Of a DNA stretch of 64,000 nt, positions 8,766 through 18,503 are shown one piece after another (the stretch's first letter is position 1; every line of letters starts with the position of its first letter). The notes beneath the pieces are model-generated. The model did not search any database, was not told the origin of the DNA, and worked only from the letters and a program-made list of their open reading frames with translations. Source of the stretch: a bacterium (GTDB taxonomy: Bacteria > Verrucomicrobiota > Kiritimatiellia > CAIKKV01 > CAIYGI01); NCBI GenBank assembly GCA_025360745.1, contig JANYBP010000129.1, positions 28,126-92,125 of the forward strand. Reading direction: 5' to 3'. The translations under genes were made by a program, and so were the position numbers.

Positions 8766-9617
8766 TTACGGAGCGGGAGCCGGCGCTCTCCTGGGGGACG
8801 AAGGCCCACCGCCGAACATGCCCCTACCCCTGATGCTTGGAAGAATGGTGCGGATGGAGGTGTTCGATGTGATTTGATTGATGTAGGTCACCATGGCGGC
8901 GGCGTCCTGCGCGTTATGCCCCATCGCCACGGCCGCGTCGTAATACTCCCTGTTGCGTTCGCTTTCGAGCAATGGCGCCAACGCCACGACATTGCTGCGC
9001 AAGGTGGAGGATACCTGCTGGCGCAGATCGGACGGCAATCCGTCCTGCATTTGCTGGCTCAAAGCCGCCGTCTGACTCAGCAGCGAGAGCATCGTGTTGT
9101 ACTCTTCCTGATCCGCCTGGCTCATCTTCGATGTGTCCCGATTCAAGAAGTAACTGTTCACCTGACCCCAGGCGTTCTGCATGTTCTGCTGGCTCTCCTG
9201 GCGCCGTTGCTGGAATTCCGCATAGCGCTGCGGATCGTTGGTCTTCATAATCTCCATCCAGTCCGAAGCGCGCCGACGGTTGCGCCCGGAATCGGCCGAG
9301 CGCGGCACAGCCGGGACCTCCGCAGGCGGCGCGGCTTGCTCATTCAGGAAGTCCTGCGTTTCCTGTTCCCGCCTGGGCGCCTCGCGGTTGACGGCATTGC
9401 GCGCCGCCTCCGGCGCTTTTCGCGCGCTCTCCATACGCGGGGCGGAGAGTTTTGGCTCAAGCGACGCGGCGGACACCATTTGCTTGATCCGGAGCGCGGC
9501 CGCGCCATATTCCTGCTGAAAGAAAACCGCCTGGCTCCTGTAATAGAGAGCCATCGACGAAGTAGTCAACAAAACGACGACACCCACTCCCGTCAACACG
9601 GCAGATTTTGTGCGCAT
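8766..9617 (-). CDS. Hypothetical membrane-anchored protein
   Basis: 283-aa ORF with one N-terminal TM helix (AVLTGVGVVVLLTTSSMALYY) and a Gln/Arg/Glu-rich region. Coding-like codon usage. It ends 5 nt before the PaaK-like gene. I recognise no family. Confidence 0.5.
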   Translation of the reverse strand: MRTKSAVLTGVGVVVLLTTSSMALYYRSQAVFFQQEYGAAALRIKQMVSAASLEPKLSAPRMESARKAPEAARNAVNREAPRREQETQDFLNEQAAPPAEVPAVPRSADSGRNRRRASDWMEIMKTNDPQRYAEFQQRRQESQQNMQNAWGQVNSYFLNRDTSKMSQADQEEYNTMLSLLSQTAALSQQMQDGLPSDLRQQVSSTLRSNVVALAPLLESERNREYYDAAVAMGHNAQDAAAMVTYINQITSNTSIRTILPSIRGRGMFGGGPSSPRRAPAPAP

Positions 9618-9867
9618 ACCCGGATCTCCTGATTATTAAGCGACATTATCCTTAGTATGCGACGTCCCGCGGGCGCGCTTTATTGTGCTTGGCATGCTGT
9701 AGATCGCCGTTTTTCCGCGAAAATACCCCGAATTAGTTCCGCCGGTATGATGCAACTTCCATTACCCGTCGTCAACCTCGGAACCCTGAAAGAGCTGGAC
9801 AAAGCTCAGTCTTAGGGCGTATACGACGCAGAAGAACGGTTGCTTTGTTGACGGGGGAATTTACCCA

Positions 9868-11841
9868 ATGCGTACTAGACTGATCTGCGGTTGCGCGCTG
9901 CTGCTGACGCTGCTGGCCGGCGCGCAAGCGCGCGCCTCGGCGGGTTTCGAAGAACTGGTCGCCCAGGCGCGATCCGGCACAAACGATGCCGCCCTCGCGG
10001 CCTACATCGCCGCCTCGCCGGTGGCCTACGATTTGACGGTTGATGAAATCCTTTTCCTGAGCGACCTCGGCGTATCGTCCGAGACGATCGAAGCCGCGGT
10101 CGAGCACGGCAAAAAACTGTCCGCGGCGGCGCCCTCCGTTCCACCGCCCGCCGAGACACCGATTCCGGCTCCATCCGTCCCGCCGCCCGAGGAAACGCCG
10201 GTTCCACCGCCACCCTCCGAGGAAACACCCTTCGTCGAACTCTCCGGCGGGCAGGCCACGGCGCCACCGGCCACGGCGGTGGTGCAGGAGCCGGTTTATG
10301 CCGCGCCGGCGGTCGCCATGCCGCCGCCCGAGGCGACCGATGTCTCGTACTTCTACCAGAGCATGGCGCCCTACGGGAGTTGGCTGAACATCGAGGATGG
10401 CTGGTGCTGGCAACCGACGGTCATGGTCGTCAACCGGCAATGGCGCCCCTACTGCGAACGCGGCCGCTGGGTCTACACGGACTGCGGCTGGCTCTGGCAG
10501 TCGGATTATTCCTGGGGCTGGGCGCCCTTCCACTACGGACGCTGGCGGCATCACGCGCGCTACGGATGGGTCTGGATGCCGGATACGGTCTGGGGTCCGG
10601 CCTGGGTGGTCTGGCGCGGCGGCGAAAGGGCGGTCGGCTGGGCGCCCTTGCCGCCGGGCGCCGTGTTCGAACCCGGCGGCGGGTTCTCCTTCCACGGCCG
10701 ACACGCCCAGTCCGGATTCGCCTTCGAACTGGACGAGGGGGCCTTCACCTTCGTCGAGTCCGCCCATTTCTGCGAGCCAACCCTGTCCCGGCGCCGCCTG
10801 CATCGCGAAGAGGCGCTGCGCGTATACAACAACACCACGATCATCCCGGACGGTTACAGTTTCAACGACCGCCGCATTTTCAACCATGGCCCGCCTGTCG
10901 GCGGGATCGCCGACGCAACGCGGCGCGAAATCCGTCCGCTGCGCCTTCTCGATCAGTCGGCCCCGCCCGGACGTCTGTCGCGGACAGACGTCGCCGCCGG
11001 GGAGAGCATCAGCGTCTTTCGCCCGCATGTGTCGCCCACGACGCGCGAAACGCCGGACGTCATTGCGGCCCGCATGCGCGCACAGTCCGCCGCGCGTCAC
11101 GTTGGCGGCGCCGGCCGCGATAGCCGTCCCGTGGCGGCCACGCCGCAACCGGCGCTGCTGGACTACGGCAATGGATCGCACACGCGCTCCTTCAGCGAAC
11201 GCGGTCTTTCCAGCCGCGCCGCGGCGGACGCAACCGTCGTCCGTACGCCCGTGCCGTCGGCCATGCGCTCCCAGGCCGCCGCCGAACGCAATCATGCCGA
11301 CCTGGAACAACAGGCGCAGGCCGTCGCGGCCGCCGCGCGACAACGTCAGGCGGAGGAAGCCGCGGCGCGACAGCAGCAACAACAGGAGTTGCAGCGCCGC
11401 ATGCAGGACGCCGCGCGGCAGCAGGAATTACAGCGTCGCGTCCAGGACACTCAGCGCCAGCAGGAGGCACAACGGGCGGCGCAGGAGGCGATGCGACAGC
11501 AGCAACAACAGGAACTGCAGCGGCGCAGGCAGGACACCGAGCGGCAGCAGGAGCTACAGCGTCGCGTCCCGGAATCCCAACGGCAGCAGGAGGCGCAACG
11601 GCAGGCGCTCCAGTCGCAACGCCAGGCGGAGGAGGCGGTCGCGCGGCGGGAGGAAGCCGTGATGCGCCAGCAGGAGCCGTCGCGCCGCGCCCCGGACCCG
11701 GTGATCCGCGAGCGGGCACAGCGTCCGGCGCAATCGCCGCCCGCAAATGTCATTCAAGACTACGGCAACGGACAACTGACGGGCGCCGCCAGCGCGCGCG
11801 GCGCGTCAAGCCGCGACGGAGCGAGCCGCGGCGGCAGATAA
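9868..11841 (+). CDS. Secreted YXWGXW-repeat (DUF6600-like) protein with Pro-rich linker and Gln/Arg-rich repeat tail
   Basis: Signal peptide MRTRLICGCALLLTLLAGAQARA. Trp/Gly-rich core YGSWLNIEDGWCWQP...YSWGWAPFHYGRWRHHARYGWVWMPDTVWGPAWVVW. The C-terminal region carries QQELQRR repeats. Confidence 0.7.
   Translation: MRTRLICGCALLLTLLAGAQARASAGFEELVAQARSGTNDAALAAYIAASPVAYDLTVDEILFLSDLGVSSETIEAAVEHGKKLSAAAPSVPPPAETPIPAPSVPPPEETPVPPPPSEETPFVELSGGQATAPPATAVVQEPVYAAPAVAMPPPEATDVSYFYQSMAPYGSWLNIEDGWCWQPTVMVVNRQWRPYCERGRWVYTDCGWLWQSDYSWGWAPFHYGRWRHHARYGWVWMPDTVWGPAWVVWRGGERAVGWAPLPPGAVFEPGGGFSFHGRHAQSGFAFELDEGAFTFVESAHFCEPTLSRRRLHREEALRVYNNTTIIPDGYSFNDRRIFNHGPPVGGIADATRREIRPLRLLDQSAPPGRLSRTDVAAGESISVFRPHVSPTTRETPDVIAARMRAQSAARHVGGAGRDSRPVAATPQPALLDYGNGSHTRSFSERGLSSRAAADATVVRTPVPSAMRSQAAAERNHADLEQQAQAVAAAARQRQAEEAAARQQQQQELQRRMQDAARQQELQRRVQDTQRQQEAQRAAQEAMRQQQQQELQRRRQDTERQQELQRRVPESQRQQEAQRQALQSQRQAEEAVARREEAVMRQQEPSRRAPDPVIRERAQRPAQSPPANVIQDYGNGQLTGAASARGASSRDGASRGGR
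11371..11622. repeat. Tandem duplication, 2 x 126 bp (42 codons), inside the 9868..11841 CDS
   Basis: Copy 1 starts at 11371 (cagcagcaacaacaggagttgcagcgccgc...). Copy 2 starts at 11497 (cagcagcaacaacaggaactgcagcggcgc...). Protein level: QQQQELQRRMQDAARQQELQRRVQDTQRQQEAQRAAQEAMR versus QQQQELQRRRQDTERQQELQRRVPESQRQQEAQRQALQSQR. Confidence 0.8.
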
Positions 11842-11861
11842 GCAGTGGAAGGGGGAAGATC

Positions 11862-12827
11862 ATGCAAACAGGAATGAAGATCGTCCGCTGGGGGCGGAAT
11901 ATTGCGATGGTGGGCTTCGCGCTGGCGCTGGCGAGCCGGGCATGGGCGGTAGCCGACGCGACCAATTCGCAGAGCTTGTTCGAGTCGCCCGACCAGGCCG
12001 TGACGGCCCTGCGCGAGGCGGCGAGCCGTCATGACACCAACGCGCTGGAACTGATTTTCGGACCGGGCGCGAGCGAGACCGCCAATCCCGACACCGTACA
12101 GCGGACGCGCGGACTGGAAATTTTCGCCCGCCATCTGGCCGAGTTCTCGGAAGTCGCCGCCCAGTCGAACGGCACGGCGATCCTGCGCCTTGGCAAAGAA
12201 CACTGGCCCTTCCCGATCCCGCTGGTCAAGCAAGGCGACCGCTGGTTTTTCGACACTCCGGCGGGCAAGGACGAGATACTCAACCGGCGCATCGGAAAAA
12301 ACGAATTGAGCGCGATCGAAATCTGCACCGCCTACGTCCAGGCTCAGCGCGAGTACTCCCTCAAAGACCGCGCCGGACTCGGGACCATGGAATATGCCCA
12401 GCACATCCGCAGCCGGGTGGGCAAGAAAGACGGACTCTACTGGGACGCCCGGCCCGGCGAAGAGCAAAGCCCCTTCGGCCCGCTGGTGACCCGCGCGCTG
12501 GAAGACGGTTACGTCTTCAAGGAAAAAGTTCCGGACGCTCCCAAAGTGCGCGAGCCGTTTCACGGCTATTTCTTCCGCATCCTGAAAATGCAGGGACCGC
12601 AGGCGCCGGGCGGCGCCTGCGATTACGTCATCAACGGCCGCATGCTGGCCGGCTTCGCGCTCGTCGCATATCCGGCCCAGTGGGGCAACACCGGCATCAT
12701 GACCTTCATCGTCAACCAGCGCGGCAAGGTCTATCAGAAAAACCTCGGCGCCGACACCGAAGCCCTGGCCCGCGCCATGACCGCCTACGACCCCGATCCC
12801 TCCTGGACCGCCGCAAACGGCGAATGA
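11862..12827 (+). CDS. DUF2950-family secreted protein
   Basis: Signal-like N-terminus plus EPFHGYFFRILKMQGPQAPGGACDYVINGRMLAGFALVAYPAQWGNTGIMTFIVNQRGKVYQKNLG, which matches my memory of the DUF2950 core (HGY.FRiL..QG..ApGGa..Y...g.M..GFAlvAyPa.yg.sGvmtFivn). Confidence 0.75.
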   Translation: MQTGMKIVRWGRNIAMVGFALALASRAWAVADATNSQSLFESPDQAVTALREAASRHDTNALELIFGPGASETANPDTVQRTRGLEIFARHLAEFSEVAAQSNGTAILRLGKEHWPFPIPLVKQGDRWFFDTPAGKDEILNRRIGKNELSAIEICTAYVQAQREYSLKDRAGLGTMEYAQHIRSRVGKKDGLYWDARPGEEQSPFGPLVTRALEDGYVFKEKVPDAPKVREPFHGYFFRILKMQGPQAPGGACDYVINGRMLAGFALVAYPAQWGNTGIMTFIVNQRGKVYQKNLGADTEALARAMTAYDPDPSWTAANGE

Positions 12828-13092
12828 CATGGAGCGCCAGCGATGGCAGGGCAAACGCATCATCATAATGAGGCGCATATCTATACAACCGCATGCAGCC
12901 GAGTAATGGGGCGAATTCGTTGACGCAGAGACACAAAGACGCAAAGAATGCTTTCTTGAGTTAAAACCAACAACCGCTTTTCTTTGCGCCTCCGCGACTC
13001 TGAGTCAAATTCTTCCGCTTTTTACGTAATCCGTGGGTAGCCTGATTACATGAAAATTCATTATTCATTATGCGTTCGCCCTGTCGCGGCAG

Positions 13093-13120
13093 TTGCGTCG
13101 GCCGAAAATTGGCGTAAGAT
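13093..13120 (+). promoter_or_regulatory. Candidate sigma70-like promoter for the 13152 gene
   Basis: TTGCGT (13093-13098), a 16-nt spacer, then TAAGAT (13115-13120), about 30 nt upstream of the ATG. A G-rich SD (gggggga) sits just before the start. This is a motif match only. Confidence 0.25.
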
Positions 13121-13151
13121 GATGGGGTAACTTCTCTGGGGGGAACCGCCA

Positions 13152-13433
13152 ATGGCTGACCTGCTGTTCAAGTGCCCGCATTGCGCGCGACACCTTGTCG
13201 TGGAAGATTCCGCTGTCGGCGAGACGCTGGAATGCCTCGCCTGCGGCCAGCCTGTGCTGGTGCCGAAATCGGCAAACGCCTTCAAGTGCCCGTCCTGCGC
13301 CTACGACCTGTCGGCCTCGACGAAAGTTGCGGGTAAGTTCTTCCATTGCCCAAGTTGCGGCAGGTCGTTGATCGTACCCGCAACCCCCACGATGAGGCTG
13401 CCGGTCAACTCGTTCGGCGAATGGCTGCGTTAA
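13152..13433 (+). CDS. Small double zinc-ribbon protein
   Basis: 93 aa with four CxxC pairs (CPHC, CLAC, CPSC, CPSC) arranged as two ribbons. There is an SD-like G-run upstream. Confidence 0.55.
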   Translation: MADLLFKCPHCARHLVVEDSAVGETLECLACGQPVLVPKSANAFKCPSCAYDLSASTKVAGKFFHCPSCGRSLIVPATPTMRLPVNSFGEWLR

Positions 13434-13542
13434 CCTGGCAAGGACGATGATCGTCGTATGGTGGCTGCACCGGATTTCCAAGACGTTCGTCGGCTGATCG
13501 GTGTCTTTGACCGACCCGAACAAGACCTCGCCGGGAAATGAA

Positions 13543-13618
<76 letters not shown>

Positions 13619-13645
13619 ATAAGGGGGCGCACACGCAAGGAAGGC

Positions 13646-13674
13646 AGTCTACCGAAGCCGCGGATGCGGGTCAA
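13646..13674 (-). promoter_or_regulatory. Candidate sigma70-like promoter for tRNA-Phe
   Basis: On the minus strand: TTGACC (13674-13669), a 17-nt spacer, then TAGACT (13651-13646), about 28 nt upstream of the tRNA 5' end. The two boxes lie within an 8-bp inverted repeat GGCAGTCT/AGACTGCC. This is a motif match only. Confidence 0.3.
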
Positions 13675-13754
13675 GACTGCCGTGGCGCGAAGATCGGAAT
13701 ATCCAACAGCCAACACTCAACGCCCAATTTCCAAGGGAATACGGGTATTCTCAC

Positions 13755-13792
13755 TTGGATATTGGACATTCCTTGTTGGATATTGGTCATTC
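13755..13792. repeat. Two 17-nt direct repeats, TTGGATATTGG(A/T)CATTC, 21 nt apart
   Basis: Copies lie at 13755-13771 and 13776-13792 and differ at one position. An inverted partial copy (GGAATATCCAA) lies at 13696-13706. Confidence 0.7.
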
Positions 13793-15497
13793 AGTTCGAC
13801 GGTTTCCGCGTGGCCGGCAGGAGGCGATAGAGGTCCAGGCGGGTATGGGCCTGGCCGAAGTACTCGATTTGGCCGGCGGGGGCGTAGCGGCATTCCACCA
13901 GCGCCCGCAACTGCGCCCGCTCGGCCGGCGGCAGTTCCGTCACGCCGGGCGAGGCAATGCTCAGCCCGTAGCCGCTGAAGGCCGCCATAGGCGCTGGCAC
14001 GGTCGCGAGCAGTTCTTCGAACATCGGACGGTTCAGCACCCGGCAGGCTTGCGCCCGTTCGGTGGTCCAATCCGGGTAATAGCAGAAGGGGCCAAGTTCC
14101 ATCCCCGGCGGCACCGGCCGGTCGGCCTCCACCGCCAGATAAGTGTCCTGCGTCAGCAGCAAACTTCCCGGCGGCGTCGCCAGGCGCACCTGGCGCGCCG
14201 CGTCGCGCAAGACCGCCAGCGCCGGACGCTCCTTGAGCCGCCACCAGATGCGGTCGCGCCCGCGGCTGAACCAATCCTGATTGACCGGCGAAGCGCCCGA
14301 CGCCACCACGCAAGCCGCCAGCACCACCGCCGCGCCGGCGTAGACCGGACGGCCGGCGGGCAGCAAACGCACCGCCGCGCCCGCCAGCGCCGCCGCGCCC
14401 AGCGGATAAACCATCACCTGGTAATCGTCGTATGGAAACGGCGCGGCGAGATGCACCAGCGTCATCGCCGCAAAAGCCGCCGCCGCCACACCCAGCAGCC
14501 ACGGCGGCGTTTCGGACGGCGCCGCGGTGTTCTTTGCGTCCGCACCCGCGCTCCGGACCCGGCGCACCCACCAGACACCCGCCGCGGCCAGCGCCACCCC
14601 GACTGCGGGCAGATAGGCCTGCGCCATGCGCGAAAGAAAACCCGCCTTGTAAACGCAGGCCGCCAGCAGCGAGCCCGCCCGGCGCCCGGCGTGATAATCG
14701 AGCAAACCGAAACGCAGTCCCTCGGGGGCCAGCAGCAGGAAGGGCAGAAATTCGATGGCCAGCATCAGCCCCGCCGCCGCGCCGAACCAGAACCAGCCGC
14801 CGGGCTGGCGGCGCCGGTCTAAGAGGAGCGCCAGTCCGGCCACCGGCAGCACGATCCCGGCCGACAGCCGTGTGCCCGCCGCCAGCGCCAGCGCCACACC
14901 CGCCGCCACCCAGAAGAGCCGACGGCGCGGTCCATGCGCGGCGGCCAGCAGCAAAAATCCCGCCATCAACCAGACGGCGCCAAGCGCGTAGGTCTTGACC
15001 ACGGCGAAAAAATAGCTCTGGTAGGCGTTCACGGCCACTAGCGCAAAGGCCGCCACGCCTGCGGCGCCGCCGCGTCCGCGCGAAGCCAGCCGCGCCGCCA
15101 GCGCCGCCGCCAGCGCCGCCGCCAGCAAGCCCAGCAGGGCGGTCGCCACACGCCCCGCCGCCACGCCGCCAAGTTTGACGAAGGGGGCGACCAATGCGCC
15201 GTAGACCAGCGGCAGCACCGGCCCCTGGGTGAAGGCGAAATCGTGGTAAGGCAGCGCGCCTTCCGAAACGCAGCGCGCCGCGTAAAGATACCAGCCTTCG
15301 TCCTGATTCAAATCGCCGAACCAGACATTGGCCAGCGCCAGCAACAGCGCAAAGGCCAGCGCCGCCAGGGCCAGCCCGCGCACGGGCATGGGCGGCGCCA
15401 CGCGAAAGGCCGATGCGAAGGTCGCGCGCGCGGGAATGCCCATCAAGACGCGCCGTCCCCGCGCCGCCGCGCCGCCGCTCTGGGATTGCTCGTCCAT
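13791..15497 (-). CDS. ArnT/PMT-like (GT39/GT83-type) integral membrane glycosyltransferase
   Basis: At least 10 predicted TM helices and an N-terminal DLNQDEGWYLYAARCVSEGALPYHDFAFTQGP loop, which is the DE-containing first periplasmic loop typical of GT-C enzymes. The C-terminal domain looks soluble. Confidence 0.65.
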   Translation of the reverse strand: MDEQSQSGGAAARGRRVLMGIPARATFASAFRVAPPMPVRGLALAALAFALLLALANVWFGDLNQDEGWYLYAARCVSEGALPYHDFAFTQGPVLPLVYGALVAPFVKLGGVAAGRVATALLGLLAAALAAALAARLASRGRGGAAGVAAFALVAVNAYQSYFFAVVKTYALGAVWLMAGFLLLAAAHGPRRRLFWVAAGVALALAAGTRLSAGIVLPVAGLALLLDRRRQPGGWFWFGAAAGLMLAIEFLPFLLLAPEGLRFGLLDYHAGRRAGSLLAACVYKAGFLSRMAQAYLPAVGVALAAAGVWWVRRVRSAGADAKNTAAPSETPPWLLGVAAAAFAAMTLVHLAAPFPYDDYQVMVYPLGAAALAGAAVRLLPAGRPVYAGAAVVLAACVVASGASPVNQDWFSRGRDRIWWRLKERPALAVLRDAARQVRLATPPGSLLLTQDTYLAVEADRPVPPGMELGPFCYYPDWTTERAQACRVLNRPMFEELLATVPAPMAAFSGYGLSIASPGVTELPPAERAQLRALVECRYAPAGQIEYFGQAHTRLDLYRLLPATRKPSN

Positions 15498-15516
15498 GGC
15501 GGATTGCGGGTCCGGC

Positions 15517-16098
15517 TCAGGAACCGGGATGATGCAAAGGCACGCCGCGTTCGCAGAGCGGGCAGCGCACGGGTTCGTAGGTCACCGGCTCCATTTCCAG
15601 CAAACTGAAGGAGGTGGAGTCGAAACGCGCCTTGCCGCCGCTGCGGTCCACCAGCACGCTCACGCAGACCACCTTGCCGCCGCGCGCGGTGACGATGTCG
15701 ATCGTCTCCTGCACCCGCCCGCCGCGCGTAATCACGTCCTCGGCCACGATGAAACGCTGGCCGGGGTTGATCTGGAAGCCGCGGCGCAACACCAGGCAGC
15801 CGTCCTGCTTCTCGGCGAAAAGCGACTGCACCCCGAACTGCCGCGCGATTTCGTGGCCGACGATGATGCCGCCCATGGCCGGCGCGATCACGCCGTCCAC
15901 ATGCTCCAGTTCCGCGCCCAGCCCGGCGCGCATGCGTTCGACCAACGCCGCGCAAAGCCGCTCCGCGATGCGCGGATAACGCAACACCAGCGCGCATTGG
16001 AAATACTGGTCGCTATGCAGTCCCGACCGCAGTTCGAAATGGCCCATCAAAAGGGCGCTGGTTTCGCGAAAAATCTGAATCGCTTCTTCAGGCTTCAC
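15517..16098 (-). CDS. pyrE: Orotate phosphoribosyltransferase
   Basis: GHFELRSGLHSDQYFQCALVL plus the PRPP-binding loop RFIVAEDVITRGGRV. I chose a GTG start at 16098, preceded by GGAGG (16106-16110 on the minus strand). Confidence 0.9.
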   Translation of the reverse strand: MKPEEAIQIFRETSALLMGHFELRSGLHSDQYFQCALVLRYPRIAERLCAALVERMRAGLGAELEHVDGVIAPAMGGIIVGHEIARQFGVQSLFAEKQDGCLVLRRGFQINPGQRFIVAEDVITRGGRVQETIDIVTARGGKVVCVSVLVDRSGGKARFDSTSFSLLEMEPVTYEPVRCPLCERGVPLHHPGS

Positions 16099-16288
16099 TC
16101 GGACACCTCCACTCCGCCAACTTGCGCTGGGTTCATGGTTTATCACAAATCCGCGCTCCTTGTCACCGTCGCATCAGCAACCTGCTTGCCGGTAACGCAG
16201 TCGCGAATCGCCGCGCCAGTTCCCCCGCCATTCTCGCCACAGCGTCACCGCGGCGGACCTTCCCCTCTTCCATCTAACACCGCCGCCC

Positions 16289-16603
16289 TTACACACAACG
16301 CACCCACTCTATTATATCGCCGGGGCGTGGTGTATCGGGGGGCAGCGAGCCGGCCGCCAGTTCGTAGACCGCGTTGCTGCGGCGCGTGCCCCAGGCGATG
16401 CGCCAGGGACGAACGCCGCGGCGCACGGCGTCCACCGTGCCGTCGGCGCGCACAAAGACCAGATCCAGCGCGAAGCGCATGCCGAAGGTGTGGACGCAGC
16501 CGCAGCGCGGAAAAAAAAGGGCCCGCTGCGGCGGCAGACTGCGCCGGCCCAGCAATCCCACGGCCCGCGCCCAGAAGCCCTCGACCAGTTCATATTCGAT
16601 CAT
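16289..16603 (-). CDS. DUF192-domain protein
   Basis: FWARAVGLLGRRSLPPQRALFFPRCGCVHTFGMRFALDLVFVRADGTV matches the DUF192 pattern (G.mfr......gmlf......vhtf.M.fpiDvvfld..g.V). I chose the start at MIEYELV (16603). Confidence 0.7.
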   Translation of the reverse strand: MIEYELVEGFWARAVGLLGRRSLPPQRALFFPRCGCVHTFGMRFALDLVFVRADGTVDAVRRGVRPWRIAWGTRRSNAVYELAAGSLPPDTPRPGDIIEWVRCV

Positions 16604-16668
16604 GTGGGAAGGCCCAGGTTGTTTAGACTGAAGGTCACTACCTCCTCCACCTTCCACCTTCCACCCCG

Positions 16669-17235
16669 TTACTTAGCCGGCACCAGCAGTTTTTGCCCGA
16701 CGCGGACATTCTCGGATTTCAGGTTGCTGGCCTTGAGAATGGCGCCGGCTGTCGTGCCGTAGGCCTTGGCGATAGCCGAAAGGGTCTCGCCCGATTTCAC
16801 GACATGCTCGTAGAAATTTTCCGTCTTGGTCGCGGGCGGGCTGGCACGGCCGGTTGTGGCCCTGGCGCCGGTCGCGCGCGACGTGCCGGCGCCGTTCACG
16901 ATCGCGCTCACGCGGCGGGCGACATCCTCCACAATTTCCTTGCGGTCCGTTTCCCGCGCGGCGGCCAGGGTCTGGATGCGGCGATCCTGTTCGTCGAGCC
17001 GGGCGCGCAGTCCGGCGTCGTTCGACCCGGCGCGGGTGGTTTCGATATCGCGGTGCAGCGCCTGGAGTTCCATGTCCACGGCCTGCTGCCGTTCGCGCAC
17101 TTTTTGCAGATCCTCGCGCAGCGTGGTCATTTCGGACTGTTGCTGGGCGTAATCCTCCCGCGTCATCGTCACGCAGCCGCCGGCCGCCAGCAAAAGCAGC
17201 GCGCCGAACGCAATCGAGCATCGGTTAAATTTCAT
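16669..17235 (-). CDS. LysM-domain lipoprotein with coiled-coil
   Basis: Lipobox signal MKFNRCSIAFGALLLLAAGGC, a coiled-coil middle region, and a C-terminal LysM (YEHVVKSGETLSAIAKAYGTTAGAILKASNLKSENVRVGQKLLVP). Confidence 0.8.
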   Translation of the reverse strand: MKFNRCSIAFGALLLLAAGGCVTMTREDYAQQQSEMTTLREDLQKVRERQQAVDMELQALHRDIETTRAGSNDAGLRARLDEQDRRIQTLAAARETDRKEIVEDVARRVSAIVNGAGTSRATGARATTGRASPPATKTENFYEHVVKSGETLSAIAKAYGTTAGAILKASNLKSENVRVGQKLLVPAK

Positions 17236-17463
17236 GGTCATCCCCTTGTGTGAAACCGGTTTCCAGCTTATCACGCGCCCCGCGCTGTGCGCAATGCGTT
17301 CAGCAATCCCAGGCCGGTCCGTAAATGGCTTGCACGATATTGACGCCGGGGCTACCTTAACCAGCATGAATCGCATGAGTCATCCGTGCCGCCACTTTGG
17401 CAAGTTCCTGCGAGCCGCCACCGATCAATGCACGTCTGACTTCACTGCGTTGCGTGACGCAGA

Positions 17464-18378
17464 ATGAGAATAATATCGATGGACAGGATAATCGAGAAAC
17501 GAATCAGCGCGCGGGCGGTCGATCTGGGGAAAAGCGGCGATGCCCTTGCATTGCCTGAACTGCTCGCCATGCTATCGAGCCCCTCGCCGCTGGTCCGTCG
17601 TTTGGCGGCGTCAGCCATCGGCAAACTGGCCGGACTGTCGGGCTCATCCTCGGCCGTTGCAGGTCTGCAACCTATCCTTCGGGATACTCATCCGCAAGTT
17701 CGGCAATATGCGGTGAAAGCGCTCAGCGCATATGGAGTCGCAGCCGCATGTGCCGTCTCCGATCTGCGCGACATGACGGCGAACGTCCGGGAGAAAGATT
17801 ATAATCGCCGCGATGCGGCCCTCGCTATCGCGGTCATTCAGGAGGCGCAACGCATCGTCGATGCGCAAGCCGAACACCACTGCCAGCGCTGCCACATTTC
17901 AGTGGACGCCACCGAGTATGCCCGCAGCCAGCGCGCCTTCCAGCGTGTGTTTTGCGACAAGTGCTTCGACGAGGTGTATCTGGACCGACGGAATTTCGAC
18001 ACCAGGGTGGAACTGAACAAGACCATCGAGGCCAAACCCGGAACGCTCGTGCAGTCGGACGGCGAAAGACTGATTGTCGAATGGTTGGCCGCAAACACCG
18101 TGGCATACCGTTACGATGAGCGCATTCGGATCGTCGAAGGATACACTATTCGCCCGGATTTTTACCTGCCCGAGTTCGACGTATACATCGAATATTGGGG
18201 CATGGACACGGCTGACTACAAGATCGGTATGCTCAAGAAACAGAAACTCTACCAGCAGGAAGGCAAACGCCTGATCTCGCTTTATCCGGCGGACAAGCCG
18301 CGTCTGGCGAATATATTGCGCGAAAAACTCAGCCGCTACATCCGTCTGACGGATGATGCCACAGTGAAACGTAGTTAG
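17464..18378 (+). CDS. HEAT-repeat + CxxC zinc-ribbon + PD-(D/E)XK-like nuclease-domain protein (paralog 1)
   Basis: HEAT-like repeats (ALPELLAMLSSPSPLVRRLAASAIGKL; LRDTHPQVRQYAVKALSAYG). Zinc ribbon CQRC...CDKC. The C-terminal SDGERLIVEWLAANTVAYRYDE...IRPDFYLPEFDVYIEYWG...KKQKLYQQEGKRLISLY resembles the restriction-endonuclease-like module seen at the N-terminus of helicase IV/UvrD-type proteins. Confidence 0.65.
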   Translation: MRIISMDRIIEKRISARAVDLGKSGDALALPELLAMLSSPSPLVRRLAASAIGKLAGLSGSSSAVAGLQPILRDTHPQVRQYAVKALSAYGVAAACAVSDLRDMTANVREKDYNRRDAALAIAVIQEAQRIVDAQAEHHCQRCHISVDATEYARSQRAFQRVFCDKCFDEVYLDRRNFDTRVELNKTIEAKPGTLVQSDGERLIVEWLAANTVAYRYDERIRIVEGYTIRPDFYLPEFDVYIEYWGMDTADYKIGMLKKQKLYQQEGKRLISLYPADKPRLANILREKLSRYIRLTDDATVKRS

Positions 18379-18503
18379 TTTCCAATGTCCGACGTCCGCG
18401 CAGCAAAGCGGAGCCAGTCGCCCGCCCAAATGTCGGGGCTGGAATAGCGACGCCTGAAAAGGTTATGATGCGGCGCAAACCCGCTGTGCGCCGCACGGCA
18501 TGT

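Noticed and set aside
9772-11382. A 536-aa minus-strand ORF opposite the YXWGXW protein gene.
   Set aside because: Its Arg/Gly-rich composition has no recognisable domain. The + strand product has a signal peptide and a conserved Trp/Gly repeat core.
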